Assembly: GCA_965214095.1 (NCBI GenBank)
Contig: OZ243938.1
Coordinates: forward strand, 1,504,001 to 1,568,000
DNA: 64,000 nucleotides
Direction: 5' to 3'
Source: Candidatus Poribacteria bacterium
Lineage (GTDB): Bacteria; Poribacteria; WGA-4E; WGA-3G
Positions 58,319 through 64,000 of the stretch are shown piece after piece. Position numbers and translations under genes: made by a program. The stretch's first letter is position 1; the number at the start of each line of letters is the position of its first letter. The notes beneath the pieces are model-generated. The model ran no database searches. It was not told where the DNA came from and was given only the letters and a program-made list of their open reading frames with translations.

Positions 58319-58617
58319 CCATAGGCATCAATTTAGGAGGGATTACGCTATAATCCCAGGTCGGTAGGTTCGGTTTCCTAACCGAACCATAGGCGTCAAT
58401 TTAAGAGAATTACGCTATAATTCCAGGCTGGTAGGTTCGGTTTCCTAACCGAACCGGATCTTCCGCGAGAACCGTCTATCAAAGATTTTGGCACAAAGCC
58501 GGTTCGGTTAGGAAACCGAACCTACCGGTACTTGGAAGGATGCTAAATTGACGCTTATGGTTCGGTTTCCTAACCGAACCTACCGACCCTGGAAAGACGC
58601 TAAATTGACATCCATGG
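58319..58617. mobile_element. MITE nested within a MITE of the same family (CCATAGG.RTCAATTTA TIRs) with 17-18 bp TSDs
   Basis: Outer TSD TGCTAACAAAATAATCT (58302-58318, 58618-58634); inner element 58387-58560 with TSD TTCGGTTTCCTAACCGAA. Confidence 0.85.
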
Positions 58618-58709
58618 TGCTAACAAAATAATCTCTTATACTCCATTCACAACGTTGGCATCTTTGTAGTCACCGCTTAGCACATCAATCGGTTGCGGCT
58701 TAGTAATAA

Positions 58710-58991
58710 TTATCTGACACGTTTTCCTTTTATCTGAGCCAAAGCCATGAGAGCTTCAATCCGTTTCAGGTTACGAATTTCCAATTGATGCAACAACGTA
58801 TGATACTCGGAAAGTTCATCTTCGCTTATAGTTTGATTTTTACACTTGTGCAACAGATCCTGATAACGTATCTGATCTTTTTCCGGTAATCGTGAATTTT
58901 CTTGAATGATCTCTAACAAGATGCTTTCCTGATTGGTATCCTGTGCTGAAGTCAATTCTTTGTTATAATTCTGTGATTTTGTATGTTTCAT
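58710..58991 (-). CDS. Hypothetical protein (possibly a fragment)
   Basis: 93-aa helical ORF (ESILLEII...RIEALMALAQI) with a GAAGGA RBS-like site. Confidence 0.5.
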   Translation of the reverse strand: MKHTKSQNYNKELTSAQDTNQESILLEIIQENSRLPEKDQIRYQDLLHKCKNQTISEDELSEYHTLLHQLEIRNLKRIEALMALAQIKGKRVR

Positions 58992-59300
58992 TTGCTTCCA
59001 TCCTTCGCTGACAGTTCCGGTGAAAATTACGACGGTAACTGTCTGTGTGCGGGTATCAACCTATATTTTGACATACCTTTTTCGTTTAAGTATCGTAAAG
59101 CATTCGATTAGATCATTGTTGAAATAAGAGAAGTTGTATTTAGAGTTTATGCCACTAAACGTTAATAGTGCAGTAAGCGTTTACACTACCTTAAAGCAGA
59201 CACAAACCATAAGACGCGAGTTGCTTTCATTGAAATTATACTATAGGAAACGCAAGGATTAACTAAACTCATGTTGGTATGCTGGTTTCTAACAAAATAC

Positions 59301-59328
59301 TTGCATCTTTTCGTATTTATGATATAAT
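59301..59328 (+). promoter_or_regulatory. sigma70 promoter (extended -10) for operon B
   Basis: TTGCAT-16 bp-TATAAT with TG-n before the -10. Confidence 0.65.
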
Positions 59329-59381
59329 CTGAATCAAAATATTAGTTTATCCAATATCATATTGAGAGGAGATTGTTGCCT

Positions 59382-60260
59382 ATGCAAGCATTTGAGTATA
59401 TTGATGCTAAAACAGTATCAGAAGCCGTAGCATTGCTTAATGAAAAAGGGGACAAAGCCCGATTACTCGCTGGTGGCACAGATCTTATTGTGCAAGCACG
59501 GGAGGGTAGAAGAGAACTTGATTGGATGATAGACATAAAATCCATTGCTGAAGTCAATGAGTTAGCCTATGATTCAGAGACAGGACTTACACTCGGTGCA
59601 GCAGTCCCGTGTTATCAGATCTATGCTGTTGATGCGATATGCGAAGCCTATCCCGGTTTAGTCGACGCAACTAAAATTATCGGTGGGACTGCTATACAGG
59701 GACGCGCAGGCGTTGGTGGAAACCTCTGTAACGCTTCACCCGCAGCAGATTGTATTCCTCCACTAATTGTGCTAAATTCCACTTGTGTTATTGCTGGAGC
59801 AAACGGCGAACGTGAAATAGCAGTTGAAGATTTCTGCACAGGTCCCGGTCAGACAGCACTTGAAAAAGGTGAAATGTTGGTCTCTTTAAAAATACCCGCA
59901 CCACCAAAAAATTCAAGCTCATATTATCTTAGATTTATTCCACGGAATGAAATGGACATTGCAGTCGTCGGTGCAGGTGCATCTGTCGTTTTAGATGATG
60001 CGAAACAACGTATTGTCTCCGCACGAATCGCCCTCGGTGCTGTTGCTCCTACTCCATTATTTGCTGAAGAGGCAAGTGCGCTTCTTTCTGACAAAGAGAT
60101 TTCTGATGATGTTATTGACGAAGCCGCACAAGCCGCACAAGCCATTGCACGTCCTATCAGCGATATGCGCGGAACTGCAGAACAACGTGCACACCTCGTT
60201 GGTGTATTGACACGACGCGCACTCAACGGAGCAATCCAAAGAGTCAGAGACGCAGCATAA
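59382..60260 (+). CDS. Xanthine dehydrogenase-family FAD-binding medium subunit (operon B)
   Basis: LAGGTDL, VGGNLCNASPAAD, GAVAPTP. Confidence 0.95.
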   Translation: MQAFEYIDAKTVSEAVALLNEKGDKARLLAGGTDLIVQAREGRRELDWMIDIKSIAEVNELAYDSETGLTLGAAVPCYQIYAVDAICEAYPGLVDATKIIGGTAIQGRAGVGGNLCNASPAADCIPPLIVLNSTCVIAGANGEREIAVEDFCTGPGQTALEKGEMLVSLKIPAPPKNSSSYYLRFIPRNEMDIAVVGAGASVVLDDAKQRIVSARIALGAVAPTPLFAEEASALLSDKEISDDVIDEAAQAAQAIARPISDMRGTAEQRAHLVGVLTRRALNGAIQRVRDAA

Positions 60261-60320
60261 TTCTTAGCGAAATTATAACGGACAATATATAGTATCTAAA
60301 AGTAAAAGGAAACCGATATT

Positions 60321-60791
60321 ATGGCGAGAAGATCACACGTTCAAACCACAATCAATGACGAAACGGTGGAATTTCTCTGTGAACCACGCCAAAGTTTATT
60401 GGAAGTTCTCAGAGATGAACTCCACCTCACTGGGGCAAAAGAGGGGTGTAACAACGGTAATTGTGGTGCATGCAGTGTCATACTTGACGGTAGACTCGTC
60501 AATTCATGCCTGGTTTTAGGTGTTGAGACTGAAGGTAAATCTGTTGAGACCATAGAAGGTCTTGCCGAACCAGAAAAATTGCATCCGATTCAAGATGCCT
60601 TTCTTGAGAACGCCGCACTTCAATGTGGTATATGCACTCCCGGATTTATCATGAGTGCAAAAGCATTATTAGAAAATAACCCAAACCCAACGGAACATGA
60701 AGTCCGATACTGGTTAGCGGGAAATTTGTGCCGCTGCACCGGTTACGATAAGATCGTTCGTGCTGTGCTTGATGCAGCCGCAGCTACATAG
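60321..60791 (+). CDS. Xanthine dehydrogenase-family 2x[2Fe-2S] small subunit (operon B)
   Basis: KEGCNNGNCGAC, QCGICTPG, GNLCRCTGY. Confidence 0.95.
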   Translation: MARRSHVQTTINDETVEFLCEPRQSLLEVLRDELHLTGAKEGCNNGNCGACSVILDGRLVNSCLVLGVETEGKSVETIEGLAEPEKLHPIQDAFLENAALQCGICTPGFIMSAKALLENNPNPTEHEVRYWLAGNLCRCTGYDKIVRAVLDAAAAT

Positions 60792-60803
60792 AAGGAGTGT
60801 CTT

Positions 60804-63059
60804 ATGTCTGAAAAGAAAGAATACAAAGTTATTGGAACGCGTCCTATCCGACATGATGGCGTAGATAAAGTCACAGGAAGGGCAATTTATGGGGCAGATT
60901 TTCAGATTACTGGACTCTTGCACGGTAGAGTGCTACGAAGTCCACATGCCCATGCACGAATCGTATCAATTGACACAAGTCGTGCTGAAGCACATCCAGG
61001 TGTTAAAGGTGTTGTGACAGCACAAGACCTACCCGCAGCAGAAGACAAAATGGCAGACCTTGGTGAAGGTGCGGTTAATCTCAAATATCTCTGTGACAAC
61101 ATTTTCGCAAGTGATAAAGCACTTTATAAGGGACACGCTATCGCTGCAGTTGCCGCTACAAATCCGCATATTGCAGAAGAAGCATGCGAACTGATAGATG
61201 TTGAATATGAGGTGCTTCCACCGGTTTTAGAAGTGCGTCAAGCAATGGAACCTGATGCCCCTATCCTGCACGAAAACTTAACTACATCCTCACTGGGTGA
61301 CACAGAAGATAAACCGACAAACATTGCCAGTCACTTACAACACAAGAAAGGCGACATAGAAAAAGGATTTGATGAAGCAGAAGTTGTTATTGAAAGAGAT
61401 TTTGTTACAGGCACCGTCCATCAAGGTTATATTGAACCACACAACGCTACTGCACATTACAATCAAGATGGACAGTTAACAGTGTGGTGCAGCACACAAG
61501 GTGCATTTACCGTCCGTGAACAACTTGCTGAAATCCTTCAGTATCCGGTTTCTAAAATCAAAGTTGTTCCATTAGAAATTGGTGGCGGATTTGGTGGTAA
61601 GATTAATGTCTACATTAAACCTGTTGCAGCACTCCTAGCGAAGAAAACCGGTAAACCTGTGAAAGTCTTGATGAACCGCGCTGATGTATTTGAAGGCACA
61701 GGTCCAACGCCTGCATCTTACATCACAATTAAAATTGGTGCGAAAAAAGACGGTAAAATCACTGCAGCACAAACCTCACTTGCCTTTGAAGCAGGTGCAT
61801 ATCCCGGTTCACCAGTCGGTGCAGGTGCAATGTGTGTCTTTGCTCCCTACAACATTGAAAATGTCCTCATTGATGGTTACGATGTTGTTGTGAATAAACC
61901 GAAGTCTGCTCCTTATCGTGCCCCAGGTGCAACGAACGCAGCCTTCGGCACAGAGACCGTTGTAGATGAACTCGCGGAGGAATTGAATATAGATCCGCTT
62001 GAGTTACGACTTATGAATGGTGCTAAAGAAGGTGATCGTCGTCCAGACGGTCCCGTTTATCCACGTATCGGTTTTATTGAAACACTTGAAGCGGCAAAGG
62101 AACATCCTCACTACACTTCCGCAAATGGTAAGAAATACCATGGACGTGGAATCGCTTCTGGTTTCTGGTTTAACATCGGTCTGGAATCCAGTGTGACAAT
62201 TAATGTTAATCCTGATGGCACTATTAACCTCGTTGAAGGTTCTACGGATATTGGTGGTACGCGTGCATCAATTGCAATGCAAGCTGCCGAAGTTCTCGGT
62301 ATCCCTGCTGAATCGGTCAATCCGACTGTTGTTGATACCAATTCCATCGGTTATACTGCTGTCACTGGTGGCAGTCGAACAACTTATGCAACTGGTTATG
62401 CTGCGTATGAAGCGGCACAAGATGTAGTGAAACAGATGAAAGTACGCGCTGCTAAACTTTGGGAAGTTGATGAAGACAATGTACAGTTTGCTGATGGTGA
62501 ATTCTCAAGTATCAACGGCAAAGAGGAACAGATTAGTTTCCGTGACTTATCCGCCAAACTTAGTCAAACTGGTGGTCCTGTTGTTGGCAGAGCTACAATG
62601 AATCCTGCAGGTGCTGGTGGAGCATTCGCAACACATGTTGTTGATGTTGAAGTGGACGTAGAAACCGGTAAGGTTGAAATCCTACGTTACACTGCAACGC
62701 AAGATGCTGGCAAAGCCATTCATCCCAGTTATGTTGAAGGACAAATCCAGGGAGGAGTCGTGCAAGGTATTGGTTGGGCATTGAATGAGGAATACATTTA
62801 CAATGACGAAGGCACAATGACAAACGCAAGTTTCCTTGATTACCGTATGCCAACCTGCTTAGATTTGCCGATGATTGATGCAGTTATCGTAGAAGTGCCG
62901 AATCCTGGACATCCGTATGGTGTACGTGGTGTAGGTGAAGTGCCGATTGTTCCGCCACCTGCAGCAATTGCTAACGCAATTTACGATGCCATCGGTATCC
63001 GAATGACCGAACTGCCTATGTCGCCTGACCGCCTCTTAAAAGCGATGGGTAAAATATAA
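60804..63059 (+). CDS. Xanthine dehydrogenase-family molybdopterin-binding large subunit (operon B)
   Basis: DKVTGRAIY, GGGFGGK, PYRAPG, TGGSRT, GVRGVGEVP. Confidence 0.93.
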   Translation: MSEKKEYKVIGTRPIRHDGVDKVTGRAIYGADFQITGLLHGRVLRSPHAHARIVSIDTSRAEAHPGVKGVVTAQDLPAAEDKMADLGEGAVNLKYLCDNIFASDKALYKGHAIAAVAATNPHIAEEACELIDVEYEVLPPVLEVRQAMEPDAPILHENLTTSSLGDTEDKPTNIASHLQHKKGDIEKGFDEAEVVIERDFVTGTVHQGYIEPHNATAHYNQDGQLTVWCSTQGAFTVREQLAEILQYPVSKIKVVPLEIGGGFGGKINVYIKPVAALLAKKTGKPVKVLMNRADVFEGTGPTPASYITIKIGAKKDGKITAAQTSLAFEAGAYPGSPVGAGAMCVFAPYNIENVLIDGYDVVVNKPKSAPYRAPGATNAAFGTETVVDELAEELNIDPLELRLMNGAKEGDRRPDGPVYPRIGFIETLEAAKEHPHYTSANGKKYHGRGIASGFWFNIGLESSVTINVNPDGTINLVEGSTDIGGTRASIAMQAAEVLGIPAESVNPTVVDTNSIGYTAVTGGSRTTYATGYAAYEAAQDVVKQMKVRAAKLWEVDEDNVQFADGEFSSINGKEEQISFRDLSAKLSQTGGPVVGRATMNPAGAGGAFATHVVDVEVDVETGKVEILRYTATQDAGKAIHPSYVEGQIQGGVVQGIGWALNEEYIYNDEGTMTNASFLDYRMPTCLDLPMIDAVIVEVPNPGHPYGVRGVGEVPIVPPPAAIANAIYDAIGIRMTELPMSPDRLLKAMGKI

Positions 63060-63134
63060 GAATTTACATTTCAAGTTTTGCATATCTGTAGGCACGGTTT
63101 ATAGCCGTGCCTATCCATTATAGGAATATCTACA

Positions 63135-63431
63135 ATGCCAGTTGTTGCCATTCCCGCCCTCATACGCAATCTTACTGATGGAGAAGAAAGTGTCACAGTT
63201 GAAGGTGCTACCATCCGTGAGATAATAAACAACCTTGAGAACCAATATCCGGGGACAAAAGCAAAACTTTGTGATGGTGACCGTATCCATCCCAGTATCG
63301 GTGTCTATATCAACGGTGTGCTAACCAGAGTCGCCATGCACGATCGCGTTGATGCCGATGCTGAACTCCACTTCCTACCTGCCATTAGTGGTGGTGTTTC
63401 ATTAAATACTGAAAAACCTGAAAAAAGATAA
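63135..63431 (+). CDS. MoaD/ThiS family ubiquitin-like protein
   Basis: V-x-IP...GATIREII...PAISGG followed by an 11-aa extension. Confidence 0.8.
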   Translation: MPVVAIPALIRNLTDGEESVTVEGATIREIINNLENQYPGTKAKLCDGDRIHPSIGVYINGVLTRVAMHDRVDADAELHFLPAISGGVSLNTEKPEKR

Positions 63432-63486
63432 CACCGAAGATTCCAAAACCTTAAGAATACCTATTCAAAGTACAGACATAATCAAT

Positions 63487-64000
63487 ATGAATTTTCAAAG
63501 ACACTGTGACCGCTATCTACAGAGAATACGTCAGACACAATCAGACCCAAATGCAACGCCTGAACTATCTTTACTCCCACATCTCAAGACGTTTCTGGAA
63601 GATGTTACAGCAAACGCAGACTTTTTTGACAACCCCAACATCAGATTCACACTGGAACCCAGAACAATCAACCAGATCGGACGACCCGACATCATCGCAA
63701 CAGACGGATTGTTACCCATCGGCTATATTGAAGCGGAATCGGACAGCACAGACCTAAATAACCTAACAGGACACGCCGCACAACAGAACCAACGTTTTAG
63801 AGAAAACCTTGATAACTTCATTCTTACCAACTTCACCGATTTTGAGTTGTGGATAGATGGACAATGCAACAAAACAGCACGAATTTTAGAGAACATTGAT
63901 GATTTAGAGATACTATTAGAGCGGTTCCTAAACGCATCTATCCAAATCGGCACACCGGAAGCACTCGCAAAATACCTTGCAAGACGGACCCGAGAACTCC
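63487..64000 (+). CDS. 5' part of a type IIG/ISP-like restriction-modification enzyme (runs off the window; not in the ORF track)
   Basis: MNFQRHC...ATPELSL...GRPDII...IGYIEAE...NLDNFILTNFTDFELW...ALAKYLARRTREL; no stop before 64000. Confidence 0.75.
   Translation, partial: MNFQRHCDRYLQRIRQTQSDPNATPELSLLPHLKTFLEDVTANADFFDNPNIRFTLEPRTINQIGRPDIIATDGLLPIGYIEAESDSTDLNNLTGHAAQQNQRFRENLDNFILTNFTDFELWIDGQCNKTARILENIDDLEILLERFLNASIQIGTPEALAKYLARRTREL

Noticed and set aside
58988-59230. Possible small gene upstream of 58710-58991
   Set aside because: The frame from ATG 59230 stops after 14 codons; no recognisable homology.
48896-63059. Aerobic CO dehydrogenase (coxMSL) call for either operon
   Set aside because: Large subunits lack the AYRCSFR and AYRGAGR motifs.
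63506-63953. ORF-track entries 63506-63757, 63531-63719 and 63723-63953
   Set aside because: Out-of-frame or antisense shadows of the RM-like gene starting at 63487.

Overview
Bacterial genomic DNA, AT-rich and gene-dense. The gene content strongly resembles Candidatus Poribacteria (inference): secreted LamG, WD40 and TolB-like proteins, several ending in a 'V-E-P-x-x-K-L-x-x-x-W-G-x-[IL]-K' tail, plus ankyrin and MORN repeat proteins, PhyH dioxygenases, Gfo/Idh/MocA oxidoreductases and several molybdoenzymes. Main loci: (1) a probable tetrahydrobiopterin-type pterin operon (tandem-domain PTPS, folE, SDR) downstream of a rhodanese; (2) a MORN/Zn-ribbon - truncated PolX N-terminus - MORN/Zn-ribbon triad, with a second truncated PolX gene at 17 kb; (3) an orphan type I hsdR + M48 peptidase and a truncated RecG-like gene; (4) three large Rieske + helical-domain paralogs, two flanking a frameshifted ankyrin gene; (5) a divergent SHMT-like enzyme; (6) a Tat-exported SOD + sulfite-oxidase-family pair; (7) dacB and a TolC-MFP-RND pump; (8) a fused MNT-HEPN gene; (9) two xanthine-dehydrogenase-family operons, one with an embedded 80-aa four-Cys protein; (10) a DUF3179 selenoprotein (in-frame UGA in a UxxC motif, SECIS-like hairpin) split in the ORF track; (11) the 5' part of a type IIG/ISP-like restriction-modification gene at the right edge. 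Intergenic DNA is packed with GTAG-REP palindromes carried inside several families of TIR-bounded MITEs, including nested insertions with 3-, 8-10- and 17-18-bp target duplications. No rRNA, tRNA or CRISPR array was seen. All family assignments are from motif recognition by eye, not database searches.
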